The notes beneath the pieces are model-generated. The model was not told where the DNA came from. It saw nothing but the letters and a program-made list of their open reading frames with translations, and did no database searches. The translations under genes and the position numbers were made by a program. A DNA stretch of 64,000 bases from an uncultured Bacilli bacterium (GTDB taxonomy: Bacteria; Bacillota_I; Bacilli_A; RFN20; CAG-826), in NCBI GenBank assembly GCA_944358895.1, contig CALVSB010000001.1:31355-95354 (forward strand), written 5' to 3'. Numbering within the stretch: the stretch's first letter is position 1; every line of letters starts with the position of its first letter. Below are positions 45,230-55,329 of the stretch, piece by piece.

Positions 45230-47518
45230 TCATTGCCGGGCTTCCCGCCAAGGGATGTCCGTCTGCCGGCTTTCGCCGCCGCCCATGGCATTGACCTCGG
45301 TCACGGTGTCCTTCCGGGTCGCGTAATCGACCCAGGAATCGTAATGGGTGACAACGTCGTCGAAGAAGGCGACCGCCCAGCCATTCACCGCCGTGTCGGC
45401 GATTTCGATGTACATCGTCTCGCCGATATGAGAGCTAAGGTCGGCGACGTAGGTGATCATCGTTGCCAGGTAGGAACCGTTCGCGACGCAAGGATAGGCG
45501 ACGCCTCCGTCGTTGAAACCGACGTTCGTGTAGCTCGCGATGAGGGTGCCCGAGGCCGAGTAAACGCTCACCCGGGCTGCCTTCCCGCCCATCTTGAAGG
45601 AGATCTGGCCGCTCCCGCCGAGCTGGAATTCGCTCGAGCGGAGGGTATAGGTCGCGCCTTCGTCGCTCGTCGCGGACCAGCCGTCGAAGTGGTAATTGCC
45701 GCCTTGGTTGTAAGGAACTTGCTCGGCCCACCACGTCGCGGCGCTCGAAACGGCCGTCTCAAGGTTGATGTTCCCTTGGACAAGGGACCATCCCGTCAAG
45801 TCGCCGGTCTCGAAATCGCCATTGACGATCTGGTTGCGGATGCTGGCGTTGGCGTCGACGGTGATCCGGGCTTTCCCGGCCGTCTTTTGCCCATAGGCGT
45901 CAGCGGCGAGCACCTCGACGAGGTAAGTGCCTTCGCTCAGCTCGACCGTGCCTTCGTGGGCCACGTCGGCGCCGTCTTTCTTGACGCTGGCAATCTCGAG
46001 CTCGATTTCCTCGGTCGCGGTGTAGTCGTCGCTCACCTTGAGGGAGCGGAGGACCGTCCCGAAGTCATAAGAACCGGGCTTCCGGGTTTCCTCATAGACA
46101 TACTCGCCGTCCGTCTCGAAAGTCGGGGCCTCGCCGGCCAAGGGCACCGAGATGCCGCCGCCATAGGCATCGACGTAGGCTTGCCTTGCCGTTTCGTCGG
46201 GGCAAGTTTCGGCCCAAGCGCGGTTGGAACTCACTTCGGAAGCCACTTCGCCCTCGGAGAGGTTGACGTTGAAGTCGTCGACCTGGATGAAGGCGAAGCC
46301 GCCCGTGACGGCATTGTCGACGACCGTGAAGTAAAGGGTGTCCCCGATGTGGTCAGAAAGGTCGAAATAGTAACGGACCATGCCTTGGGCCAGGGCCGGG
46401 TCGGAGAAGACGACGTTGGTTTGCCTCATTAGCTCGGCCCCGGTGTCGCCGTCGTTGACGGCCACGTAGCACTGCTCGGTCTTGGCCGCTCCCATGAGGA
46501 AAGAGGCATAGGAATGCCCGTCCCCGGCATCGGTGACCGTGAATTTCTCGCTCCGCATCGCGCCGACCGCCTCTTCCCCGGCGGCAAGCGTCGTGACGAA
46601 CTTGCTTCCCTCGCCGAAGTAATCGCGGTCGGTCCAGTATTTGCCGCCGCTATCCTCGAGGAGGCTTTCGAGGTTCCGGAAAGCCGTGCCCGAGGTCGAG
46701 AGCCAGTAGTCGGCCCCGCTTTCGAAGCCGCCGTTGCGGAGCTCGACGACCGGCGGATCGCTGTCGATCGGTTCTTGGGCCAAGAGGGCCAGTTGGTCTT
46801 CCCGCTCGGAAAGGAGGTCGTTCATGTCCTGGGTGTCTTTCACCGTCCGGATGTCGTCGAGGTTGACGAAGGAATAGTCGTCGTAGTTGCTGCCCCGGGC
46901 CTGATCGGTAACCCGGACCACGATGTTTTCGCCTAGATAGGCCCGAAGGTCGATGACGTTGCGAATGAGATGGCTCGTGATGCCTATGCCGTCGTAATCG
47001 TCGTTGGTGAGCCGCGTGAACTCGCCCGCCCCGCCGTTCTTCTTGAAGGTGAGCGGGGTGCCGTAGGTGGCATCGGAAGCAAGGAAGAACTCGATGTAGG
47101 TCGTTTCCTTGTCGGCCATGGCCCCCATTTTGAGAGTCAGCATGCCAAGGCCCCCGAGTTCGAAGGGGTCGCTCGTCAAGGTGCCGATGAAGCTCGGAAG
47201 GCTGTCGCTTCCGCCGGCAAAGGAATAAGTGCCTTCCTTGCCGATCGAGACGCCGTCCTTGTAAGAAGAGGCATTGGTGACGTCTCCTTCCGAGAAGGCC
47301 GTCCCGGTCGCGTGCCAACCGGTGAGGTCGCCCGTCTCGAAGCCGCCGTTGACGATGTCGTCGTTGATGGTGCCGCTCGGAATCGAACTAGACGTTTCGC
47401 CGCTCGGCTCGCTCCCGGCTGCCGGGGCGCTGGACGTGGGCGTTTCTCCGCCGCCGCACGAGGCAAGAAGAGCCGCCGATGCGAGGCCGAGGAACAAAGT
47501 GGACATTTTCTTTTTCAT
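45230..47518 (-). CDS. Lipoprotein with three tandem beta-sandwich modules (putative glycan-binding, non-catalytic)
   Basis: 762 aa with lipobox LLASC. It has three repeats of about 200 aa, each opening with NG(G/D)FE(T/S)GDLTGW. No GH32 catalytic motifs. The start is at MKKKMSTLF with an AAAGGAGG RBS. Confidence 0.65.
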   Translation of the reverse strand: MKKKMSTLFLGLASAALLASCGGGETPTSSAPAAGSEPSGETSSSIPSGTINDDIVNGGFETGDLTGWHATGTAFSEGDVTNASSYKDGVSIGKEGTYSFAGGSDSLPSFIGTLTSDPFELGGLGMLTLKMGAMADKETTYIEFFLASDATYGTPLTFKKNGGAGEFTRLTNDDYDGIGITSHLIRNVIDLRAYLGENIVVRVTDQARGSNYDDYSFVNLDDIRTVKDTQDMNDLLSEREDQLALLAQEPIDSDPPVVELRNGGFESGADYWLSTSGTAFRNLESLLEDSGGKYWTDRDYFGEGSKFVTTLAAGEEAVGAMRSEKFTVTDAGDGHSYASFLMGAAKTEQCYVAVNDGDTGAELMRQTNVVFSDPALAQGMVRYYFDLSDHIGDTLYFTVVDNAVTGGFAFIQVDDFNVNLSEGEVASEVSSNRAWAETCPDETARQAYVDAYGGGISVPLAGEAPTFETDGEYVYEETRKPGSYDFGTVLRSLKVSDDYTATEEIELEIASVKKDGADVAHEGTVELSEGTYLVEVLAADAYGQKTAGKARITVDANASIRNQIVNGDFETGDLTGWSLVQGNINLETAVSSAATWWAEQVPYNQGGNYHFDGWSATSDEGATYTLRSSEFQLGGSGQISFKMGGKAARVSVYSASGTLIASYTNVGFNDGGVAYPCVANGSYLATMITYVADLSSHIGETMYIEIADTAVNGWAVAFFDDVVTHYDSWVDYATRKDTVTEVNAMGGGESRQTDIPWREARQ

Positions 47519-47528
47519 GATTCCTCCT

Positions 47529-48923
47529 TTAAAAAGTGTCCATGCTGATATCTTCGAAGACGAAGCTTCCCTCCGCGTAGAAGCGACGTTCGGCGCTTCG
47601 AGGGAAGAAGAGGGTCGAGAAGCTATGTCTCCCCCCGTTGACGAGGATGTCGACGTTCGTGCCGTCGACGAGGATGTCGAAACTAGCTTTCCCCGCTCCT
47701 TCCTCGAGGGGAAGGTAGTGGGATTCGCAATCGCTCCCGTCAAGGGAAACGATTCGTTCCTTCATGTTGGCCCGCTTGATGAGGAGGGCAGACCTTTCGG
47801 GGTGGAAGCTCACCTCGATGCCGCTCCCGTTACCGTCGGACAAGAAGGAGAATCCGCTTCCTTCCTTGGCCTCGCAGGCAAAGCGGAGCCGGACGTAATT
47901 CCCTTCGAGCTCTTGGAGGCGGATTTTTCCTTCGCCGGAAAAGTCCCGGATTTGCTGGTGGCTTTTGGCTTTTTTGTCCAGCTCGCGGACGAAACGTTGG
48001 ACGAGGCGGCCGTCCTGGAGGGCGATTTCCCTGACGGCAACGAAGCTTCCGGCATAGCCGTCGGCCTTGCTCGGGTAATTGCGGTCCCACATGCCCTGCC
48101 AGGCGATAGCGAGGTTCCTTCTTCCATCCGAGCAGGTCTGAAGGGCATAGAAGTCGAAGCCTTGGTCGACTTCCCTCTCTGTTCCTTCGGCCTCGAAGGT
48201 CCCTTTCTCGAGATCCAGCTTCCCAACCAAGTAGCAAGTCGAGTGGCCGTTTTGGTAATAGCGCGGATCTTCCCCCTTGCGGAACTGGAGCGAATAGACA
48301 AGGGCACCGCGGCCCTCCCCGCTCCCGTCGAAGAAGAAGTCCGGGCATTCGATCATTTCCTTGCGGCTTAGGAGAACCGAGGCGAATTCGAGGCGGGTCG
48401 GCTCTTTCCCCTGAAAAAGGAGGATCGAGCTACCGCCTTCTATCCGCCGGCAAGCCACAAGCAAGTTCCAGCGGCCGTTTCGGAAGATGACTTTCGGGTC
48501 CCGGAAGTCCCTCACGAGATAACCGCGAGGCAAGTCCTTCCCGCCCAAAACGGGATTGCCCTCGAACTTGCGGAACGCGACGCCGTCGTCGCTATAGGCA
48601 TAACATTGGACCTGACTTCCCTCGCTGGCGGCCGTGTAAAAGAGGTGAAGCCGCTTCCCGTCGAAATAGGAGGTGCCCGAGAAGCAACCATAAGGCTTTT
48701 CGAAGTCCTTTTCCGGGGCGAGGGCATCCCCGACATACTCATAGGAAAGGAGGTCGCCGCTCACGTAATGGGCCCAATGCATCGGACCCCATTCGGTCGC
48801 GAAGGGATTGCTCTGGGCGAAGACGTGATACTTCCCGAACGCGTAGCAAAAGCCGTTTGGGTCGTTGATCCAACCCTTATGGGCCTTCAAATGGAAACGC
48901 GGCAGAGGATAAGTGAGGTTCAT
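47529..48923 (-). CDS. Cytoplasmic GH32 beta-fructofuranosidase (sucrose-6-phosphate hydrolase-like)
   Basis: 464 aa with no signal peptide. It carries WINDPNG, RDP and EC(P) catalytic motifs plus a C-terminal beta-sandwich. The start is at MNLTYP and overlaps the upstream stop (ATGA). Confidence 0.85.
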   Translation of the reverse strand: MNLTYPLPRFHLKAHKGWINDPNGFCYAFGKYHVFAQSNPFATEWGPMHWAHYVSGDLLSYEYVGDALAPEKDFEKPYGCFSGTSYFDGKRLHLFYTAASEGSQVQCYAYSDDGVAFRKFEGNPVLGGKDLPRGYLVRDFRDPKVIFRNGRWNLLVACRRIEGGSSILLFQGKEPTRLEFASVLLSRKEMIECPDFFFDGSGEGRGALVYSLQFRKGEDPRYYQNGHSTCYLVGKLDLEKGTFEAEGTEREVDQGFDFYALQTCSDGRRNLAIAWQGMWDRNYPSKADGYAGSFVAVREIALQDGRLVQRFVRELDKKAKSHQQIRDFSGEGKIRLQELEGNYVRLRFACEAKEGSGFSFLSDGNGSGIEVSFHPERSALLIKRANMKERIVSLDGSDCESHYLPLEEGAGKASFDILVDGTNVDILVNGGRHSFSTLFFPRSAERRFYAEGSFVFEDISMDTF

Positions 48924-51022
48924 AGATCGATGTCCCATTTCTTGGCCTCGAGGAGGGAAACGCTCCCGCCGTCGGCGAATAGTTCTATCTTGTCGCTGCC
49001 CGAGGAAGGATAGACAAGGCCCGTCATCGTGAATTCCCCGCCGTTCACGAAGCACTCGAGGGAACTCACGTCGAGGAAGAACTCGAGTTCGATGCAACCG
49101 TTCGCGTCCGGTTCCACCGCGGCATAGCGGATCCCATCCTCGGAATCGTCGTCGGCCTCGCTCACCTTGATGCCGCTATTGCGGCGGTCGAAGACCAGCA
49201 TCCCAAGGTCGCGGTCGTAATAAAGAAGGGTCTCTTCGCCAGGACCAGCGAAGAACTTGAGCCCGCCCCGGGCACCCGTCCCGAGCTTCGAGACGTCGAG
49301 TTTGGCCTTGAAGGAGAGGCAGTTGCCCGCGACCCCAAGGTCGACCGTCTCGTCGGAGGCCGTCGTCTCTGGCAGGCTCACCTCGTTCTCGAAGTGCTCG
49401 TAAATGGAGCTCACCGGATGCTGGTAGAGGCATCCGTCCTTGAGCTCGAGTTCCCGCGGGAGGGTCACTTCCCCAGCCCATCCATAGCCGGAAGTCGGCA
49501 TCGACCGGCTCCAGTGGTTCATCCAGGCAACCAGGTAGTTTTTGCCGTCTTTGGCCGCGATTTGGGTCGCATAGAAATCGAAGCCCTTGTCGAGCTCGAG
49601 CATCGCGTCGGCCCCGTAGTCGTTCGTGAACTTTCCCGTCTCGAGGTCCAGGGAGCCGATCTCGGCAACGACCGAATGGACGTTTTGGAAGGAGTCGAGC
49701 CTTTGATCCCTCACCCCTTGCGGGGAAAGGAAGAGGACCGCCTTGTCATCGAAGAAGGCGACGTTCGGGCATTCGAACATCCCGCCTCCCGTCAAGGTCG
49801 AGGACATCGTGACCCCGACGCCCTCCCACTTCCGGAAGTCCTTCGAGGAGTAAAGGAGCACTTGGCCGCCTTCGCCCGGAAGCTTGCCCCCGACCAAGGC
49901 GTAATAAGTGCCGTCCTTCTCGAAGACATAGGGATCGCGGAAGTCGGTGGCCCGGCTTCCCATGCTCATGGAGGTGCCGATGACCGGGTTGAGGGAAGAC
50001 TTGGAAAAACTAACACCGTCGTAGCTGGTCGCCATCGACTGGGTCTGGACGTTTCCTTCTCCGACCGACGTGTAGAGGAGGCGAAGCGTCCCATCCACCA
50101 TCGCCGCCCCGCCCGAGAAGCAACCGTTTTTATCGTAGGGCTGGTCCGGGGTGATCGCGAAGCCTTGGTCTTCCCAAGTCAAGAGATCGGCGCTGGTCGC
50201 GTGGCTCCAGGACATGTTGCCCCACACCGCGTCATAGGGATTGGCTTGGTAGAAGAGATGGAACTTCTCCCCGTCGTAGAGGAAGCCGTTCGGGTCGTTC
50301 ATCCATCCGTAAGAAGGCATGAGATGGTAACGGTGACGGTAAGTATCGGGGACGGTCTCCTTCATCAGCTCGCCATAGTTGTTCGCGTCATCGATGAGGC
50401 GCCCGGTATCCAAGGAGAGGGTGCTGTTCATTCGGAAATCGTCGACCAAAAGGTGGTTGAAGCCGGAAGTGCCCTCGTCGAGATCGACGATCCGGACGGC
50501 AACTTCTTCGCCCAAGTGCGACGAAAGGTCGACTTCCTGGCGGTAGAGCCGGTCGGTCGGGAGCTCCGGGTAATAGAGATCGTTCCCCTTCCGGGTGATC
50601 TCGTTCCCTTCCCGGTCGAGGAAGGAGAGGTAAGCCAAGGAGGGATCCGCCCCGCCGCCAAGGAGAAAGGATAGCTTCCCATTCCCGGTCACTTCGAAGT
50701 AAGGCGAGAGCAAGGAACCGGTCGCGGCATCGCCTTTGTAGGCAAAGCCGTCGAGGTAGAAGTCCCCGGCGATGTGGCGGATGGCCTTTTGACTCTTCGA
50801 AGCCGTCTTGACGGCGCTTAGCGAAGAAAAGCATTCGCCTTCGCTCGTCCAGTTATCGAGGGTTCCGTACTCGAAATCGGCGTTCGGAAAAGGGAGGATG
50901 TTGCTTTCTTCCTCTTCGTCAGGCAAAGACGAACCCGGGGAAGAAGAGGAAGAAAGGGCCGCCGTCCCGCAGCTCGAGAGGAGGAGGGAAAGGCTTATGA
51001 AAGAGGTGAGGCGCCTTTTCAT
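48920..51022 (-). CDS. Extracellular GH32 beta-fructosidase lipoprotein with an N-terminal binding module
   Basis: 700 aa with lipobox LLSSC. The N-terminal 170 aa are one copy of the module found in the 45230-47518 protein, followed by a GH32 core (WMNDPNG, FRDP, FECP). Confidence 0.85.
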   Translation of the reverse strand: MKRRLTSFISLSLLLSSCGTAALSSSSSPGSSLPDEEEESNILPFPNADFEYGTLDNWTSEGECFSSLSAVKTASKSQKAIRHIAGDFYLDGFAYKGDAATGSLLSPYFEVTGNGKLSFLLGGGADPSLAYLSFLDREGNEITRKGNDLYYPELPTDRLYRQEVDLSSHLGEEVAVRIVDLDEGTSGFNHLLVDDFRMNSTLSLDTGRLIDDANNYGELMKETVPDTYRHRYHLMPSYGWMNDPNGFLYDGEKFHLFYQANPYDAVWGNMSWSHATSADLLTWEDQGFAITPDQPYDKNGCFSGGAAMVDGTLRLLYTSVGEGNVQTQSMATSYDGVSFSKSSLNPVIGTSMSMGSRATDFRDPYVFEKDGTYYALVGGKLPGEGGQVLLYSSKDFRKWEGVGVTMSSTLTGGGMFECPNVAFFDDKAVLFLSPQGVRDQRLDSFQNVHSVVAEIGSLDLETGKFTNDYGADAMLELDKGFDFYATQIAAKDGKNYLVAWMNHWSRSMPTSGYGWAGEVTLPRELELKDGCLYQHPVSSIYEHFENEVSLPETTASDETVDLGVAGNCLSFKAKLDVSKLGTGARGGLKFFAGPGEETLLYYDRDLGMLVFDRRNSGIKVSEADDDSEDGIRYAAVEPDANGCIELEFFLDVSSLECFVNGGEFTMTGLVYPSSGSDKIELFADGGSVSLLEAKKWDIDL

Positions 51023-53460
51023 CAGACAACCTCCTTGAAGGTCGAGCCGATGGAAACTATTTCTATCTGATCGATGAGCTGGTTGGGATCGCTCGTGATG
51101 TCGAGCCCATTCGCGTGGAGGTCGCCCGGGTAAGAGCGGGCCGAGATGGTCTTCTGCCCATTGAAGAGGGCTTCGATCATCGAACGGTCGACGAAGATCT
51201 CGACGGTCGTCGTGCCTTCACGGACAAGGGCCCCGCTCGCGAGGCCGCCGGCACTCGTGCCGCCGTTCCCCCGGTTGAGGTTGGTGTCGATCGAGCAGGA
51301 CGTGCCGGCCCCGGTAAGGGAAACGACCGTCGCTTCTTCCCCGCCGAGCGACTTTCGGAGGCGGATGACGAAGTCACTGCTGAGATTGCTGATGCTCAGG
51401 CGGAGGCGGTACATGTCGCTATCGAAAGTGGAGAGGGCGGCGTTGACGGAGGAAACCCGGACGTCGCTTGCTTCATAGAGGGTTTCCCCTTCGAGGGAAG
51501 ACCAATCCCCGCCAAAGCGGATGCCAAGGTCGGCGCGCTCCGTGTCGTAATAGAGCTCCCGGACCAAGCCGACGTTGTGGCTCCACCCGCTGGCGGCCAT
51601 GGTGGTCGCGTCGCGTTGCGACTGCATGATCGAGAAGATGTAGGCCTTCCCGTCGTTGGGATCGACGAACATCGAGGGGCCGGTGAAGACGTTGCGCCCG
51701 TAGTCCATCCTTCTCGGGTCGGGGAAATCGGGGACGAATCGGCAAGTTTCCTTGTTGAAATCCCCGATCCAGTAAATGATGTTGTTGTCGGCCGTCGAAG
51801 CCGGGGCCGGGGAAATGACCAGGACGAACTTCCCAGAGGGATTGCCGTTTTGGTCGAGAAGGGGCTGCAAGCACGGGAGTTCCCAGCTGGAGCCGTACTT
51901 CGCATCGTTATTGGCATAGTCGAAGACGTGGCCTTTGTATTCCCAGTTGTAAAGGTAGTCTTCCTTGTTCGCGTTCGTATGGTAAATGAGAGCCGTCCCG
52001 CGGCCGGAGCTTTCGTCGCCCGAGCAGACGAGAAGGTAATAATCGTCGCCGTCCTGGTAGACGTTCGCGTCGCGGAACTCGCCAGCCCGGCCTTGGCCGC
52101 CGACCTGCTCGATGGCGAGGCGATCGGAAATCTCCCATTCCCGGAGATAGGGATCGGATAGGTCTTTGGGGAAAGCGAGACCGATGTTTTGGTTGGAAAT
52201 CATTCCCGGGTGGGAATAATCCCCGCACGTGAGAAGGAGGACCGGGGTCCCGTCTTTGGCGATGAGGCTCCCGCCGCTCCAAAGGCCGTCCGGGGCGATC
52301 GTGCCATTGGTCGGCTGGATGACTTCCTTGTGGTTGGTCCAATTGACGAGGTCGGGGGAAGTGAGGTGTCCCCAGTTGATGCCCTTGGCCTCGTTGAAAT
52401 AGGGGCCATTCGGGTTGCTCTGATAGAAAAGATGGTAAAGCCCGTTGTAATAGAAAGGGGCGTGGGGCTCGTTCATCCAGTGCTCGAGCGGCCCGGTGTG
52501 GAACTGGGGCCGATACAAGTCGTTTCCGAGGTCGTTTTGGAGATAGACGTCCTGAAGCGGGAGTTCTTTTTTCTCCCCGTCGACTGTCCCGACGGCGTTC
52601 AAGGCCCGGACTTCGGCGGGCGTCAAGACGTCGCTGGTGATGTATAGTTCGTCGAGAAGCCCGGCATGGACCCCTTTCGAGCAGCCGGCATCGCTCGAGA
52701 CGACCGAGTTCCGGCCGATGTAAAAGTCGCTATCGTGATTGACCTGGATGGTGCTTCCGGCCGGAAGGGCGGCCGAGCCGACGAGAAGGCCGTTGAGGTA
52801 GAGGCTCATCTTGCCTTCCGGCCCGTCGAAAGTCGCGGCCACGTGGTTCCATTGGTACTGGATCAACGGATCGAAGGTGTCCCAGATCTCGTACCAGCCG
52901 TTGTTCGTCCCGACCCCGAAGGCCAGCTTCCCTTCCCTGGCGTAGCCGAGAGTGAAGCCGGACGAGATGGAACCGCTTTTGAAGTATTGGCTCACGATGC
53001 CTTGGATCAAATTGATGTCCTGGGCGTTTTTGTCGGTGTAGTTATAGGTTCTCGGGGCAAGCCAAACCGAAATGGAAAACTCGTCCCCGCCCGGGGCGAA
53101 GTCGTAGCCCGAGACTTCCCCGAAGCTGCTATAGCCGTCGAAAAGCATCGCTTCCCCGACGATTCCTTCCTTGAAGGGCATGCGTTCCTTTTCCTCGAGC
53201 GTCGGGCTCGTTTCAAGGACGTAACTCGGGTGGATGGCTGGCAAGACGCCCGTCGTTTCCACGATGTCGCCATTCGCGTTCTCGTCGAAGCTGAAATGGA
53301 CGACGATGTGGTCGAGGGGTGGCGTTTCGACACTCGGGGTCGACGCCCCTGGTCCGGAGTTTCCACCCGGAAGGGATTCGGCGGTCGATTCGCTCACGCC
53401 CGGTCCCCCGCAAGAAGCGAGGGCGAGGAGGAAGAAAAGGGCAACAGGTAGTTTTCTCAT
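51022..53460 (-). CDS. GH32-family lipoprotein with an N-terminal LamG-like domain and non-canonical catalytic motifs
   Basis: 812 aa with lipobox LALASC. The LamG-like domain carries LLDELYITSDVLTPAEVRAL. The GH32 core reads WMNEPHA (Asp to Glu), FRDA and WELPC. The start is at MRKLPV, directly after the malG-like stop. Confidence 0.8.
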   Translation of the reverse strand: MRKLPVALFFLLALASCGGPGVSESTAESLPGGNSGPGASTPSVETPPLDHIVVHFSFDENANGDIVETTGVLPAIHPSYVLETSPTLEEKERMPFKEGIVGEAMLFDGYSSFGEVSGYDFAPGGDEFSISVWLAPRTYNYTDKNAQDINLIQGIVSQYFKSGSISSGFTLGYAREGKLAFGVGTNNGWYEIWDTFDPLIQYQWNHVAATFDGPEGKMSLYLNGLLVGSAALPAGSTIQVNHDSDFYIGRNSVVSSDAGCSKGVHAGLLDELYITSDVLTPAEVRALNAVGTVDGEKKELPLQDVYLQNDLGNDLYRPQFHTGPLEHWMNEPHAPFYYNGLYHLFYQSNPNGPYFNEAKGINWGHLTSPDLVNWTNHKEVIQPTNGTIAPDGLWSGGSLIAKDGTPVLLLTCGDYSHPGMISNQNIGLAFPKDLSDPYLREWEISDRLAIEQVGGQGRAGEFRDANVYQDGDDYYLLVCSGDESSGRGTALIYHTNANKEDYLYNWEYKGHVFDYANNDAKYGSSWELPCLQPLLDQNGNPSGKFVLVISPAPASTADNNIIYWIGDFNKETCRFVPDFPDPRRMDYGRNVFTGPSMFVDPNDGKAYIFSIMQSQRDATTMAASGWSHNVGLVRELYYDTERADLGIRFGGDWSSLEGETLYEASDVRVSSVNAALSTFDSDMYRLRLSISNLSSDFVIRLRKSLGGEEATVVSLTGAGTSCSIDTNLNRGNGGTSAGGLASGALVREGTTTVEIFVDRSMIEALFNGQKTISARSYPGDLHANGLDITSDPNQLIDQIEIVSIGSTFKEVV

Positions 53461-53462
53461 GT

Positions 53463-54374
53463 TTACTTCAGCCCGGTAAAGCTGACTCCTTCCACGATGT
53501 ATTTCTGGCAAAAGACGTAGACGAGGGCGATGGGGATAGTCGAGAAGGTGAGGGCCGCCATGACCATGCCGATGTCGCGCGGATTGGCGTTGTTGACGAT
53601 CTGGAGATAGTACTGGAGCGGGAAATACTGCTCGTTTTGCATGATCAGCTGAGCCGAGAGGTACTCGTTCCACTGCCCCATGAAGGTAAAGATCCCGACC
53701 GTCGCGAAAATCGGGGCCGAAAGGGGGACGATCATCTTGAAGAAGACGCCGACCCGGGAACAGCCGTCGATCCGGGCGGCCTCCTCGATCTCGACCGGCA
53801 TCGAAAGGAAGAACTGCCTGAACATGTAGGTGTACATGAGGGAGGCAAAGCCCGGCAAAAGATAGCCCACCACGTTGAGCGGCTCGGTCAAGAGCCCAAG
53901 GTAATAGAGAATGAGGTAGGTCGGGACGACCGAGGTCTCGACCGGGACGATCATGAGGATGAGGATGATAGTCGTCATCATCTTCCCGCCTGGGAAGCGA
54001 AAGCGCGCCAGGGCGTAGCCCGCAAGGGAATTGATGAGCAGGACCATCACGATGGTGACCGAGCAATATACGATCGAATTGAGGACCGAACGCCCGAAAT
54101 TCGAGAACTCGCTGAATAGCTTCTCGTAGCTAACGAACCACTCCCCGACGTTCCAGCTCGGCGGAAGGAAGGTCAAAAGGCTTCCCATCTGGGCATAGAC
54201 GGTATCGTTGTCCTTGAAGGAATTGGAAACCATCCAGACGATCGGGAAGAGGAAGACGAAAGCCAAGATGGCGCAACCAAGGGCAATGAGAGCCTTTTTG
54301 AGGACAGTTTCCCACCCAATAGAGCGCTTCTTCTCTCGGAGAGGCACGATTTTGTTCCATTCTTTCTTTTCCAT
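53463..54374 (-). CDS. Sugar ABC transporter permease (MalG/CUT1 family)
   Basis: 303 aa with 6 TM helices and an EAA loop (EIEEAARIDGCS). Confidence 0.85.
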   Translation of the reverse strand: MEKKEWNKIVPLREKKRSIGWETVLKKALIALGCAILAFVFLFPIVWMVSNSFKDNDTVYAQMGSLLTFLPPSWNVGEWFVSYEKLFSEFSNFGRSVLNSIVYCSVTIVMVLLINSLAGYALARFRFPGGKMMTTIILILMIVPVETSVVPTYLILYYLGLLTEPLNVVGYLLPGFASLMYTYMFRQFFLSMPVEIEEAARIDGCSRVGVFFKMIVPLSAPIFATVGIFTFMGQWNEYLSAQLIMQNEQYFPLQYYLQIVNNANPRDIGMVMAALTFSTIPIALVYVFCQKYIVEGVSFTGLK

Positions 54375-54378
54375 GGCC

Positions 54379-55329
54379 TTACTCCTGGTTGTCGCCGCCT
54401 AGGACCTTGCGAAGAAGGAGGGAGACGGTCGCGATGAGGAACGTGTAGACGAGGGCGACGGCCGAGCTATAGCCGAAGTTCCCGTATTCCTGGGCTTGGT
54501 TATAGATGAAATAACTCATCGTCATCGTGGCCCCGTTCAAGCCTCCGGGGGTCATCAACATCGGCTGGACGCAAATCCGGAAGGCCCCGATGAGCATCGT
54601 GATGAAAACGAAGACCATCGTCGGCTTGATTCCCGGAAGGGTGACGTTGAGGAACTGCTGCCATTTGCTCGCCTTGTCTATTTCGGCCGCTTCGTATTGC
54701 TCCTTCGGGATGTTTTGGAGGGCAGAGAGAAGGATGAGCATTTGGTAGCCGGCGCCCTGCCAAGCCGAGATGAAGATGATGCACGGCATGGCGGTCGAGG
54801 GATTTTCGAGGAAGGCGACGGGCGAAGCCCCGATGGCCAGCAAGAGGGTGTTGATGAGGCCGTCCTGGCGGTTGAGCAAGTTCATCCAGAGCATCGAGGT
54901 GACGGCCAAAGAGAGCATGACCGGGCAGAAGAAGGCCCATCTCAGGAATTTGTTTCCGTGGCTGACGTGCTTGAGGATGAGGGCAAGGCCAAGAGCCGCG
55001 AAGAATTGAAGCGGCATGACCCCGGCCACGAAATAGAGGGTATTCCGCAGGGCCTCGGCGACCCGGGGATCGGAGAAAACCCGGGCGATGGTGTCGAAGC
55101 CGACCCAGTTGAAGTTGGCGATCGTCATCATGTTCGCGTCGGTGAATGCAAAGGCGAGCGAGATGACCATCGGAAGGAAAATGAAGACGATGGCTAGGCA
55201 GACGGCGGGGAGCATGAACCCCATGGCCGTAAGCGATTCCCGGATGTTGTATTCGGTGCCAAAGAGGCGGAAGTGGCCCTTCCGCCTCCGGTCGACGATG
55301 TTTTCGATTTCCATCGCCGGCCGCCTCAA
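54379..55329 (-). CDS. Sugar ABC transporter permease (MalF/CUT1 family)
   Basis: 316 aa with 6 TM helices. The start may be at the downstream MEIENIV. Confidence 0.8.
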   Translation of the reverse strand: MRRPAMEIENIVDRRRKGHFRLFGTEYNIRESLTAMGFMLPAVCLAIVFIFLPMVISLAFAFTDANMMTIANFNWVGFDTIARVFSDPRVAEALRNTLYFVAGVMPLQFFAALGLALILKHVSHGNKFLRWAFFCPVMLSLAVTSMLWMNLLNRQDGLINTLLLAIGASPVAFLENPSTAMPCIIFISAWQGAGYQMLILLSALQNIPKEQYEAAEIDKASKWQQFLNVTLPGIKPTMVFVFITMLIGAFRICVQPMLMTPGGLNGATMTMSYFIYNQAQEYGNFGYSSAVALVYTFLIATVSLLLRKVLGGDNQE

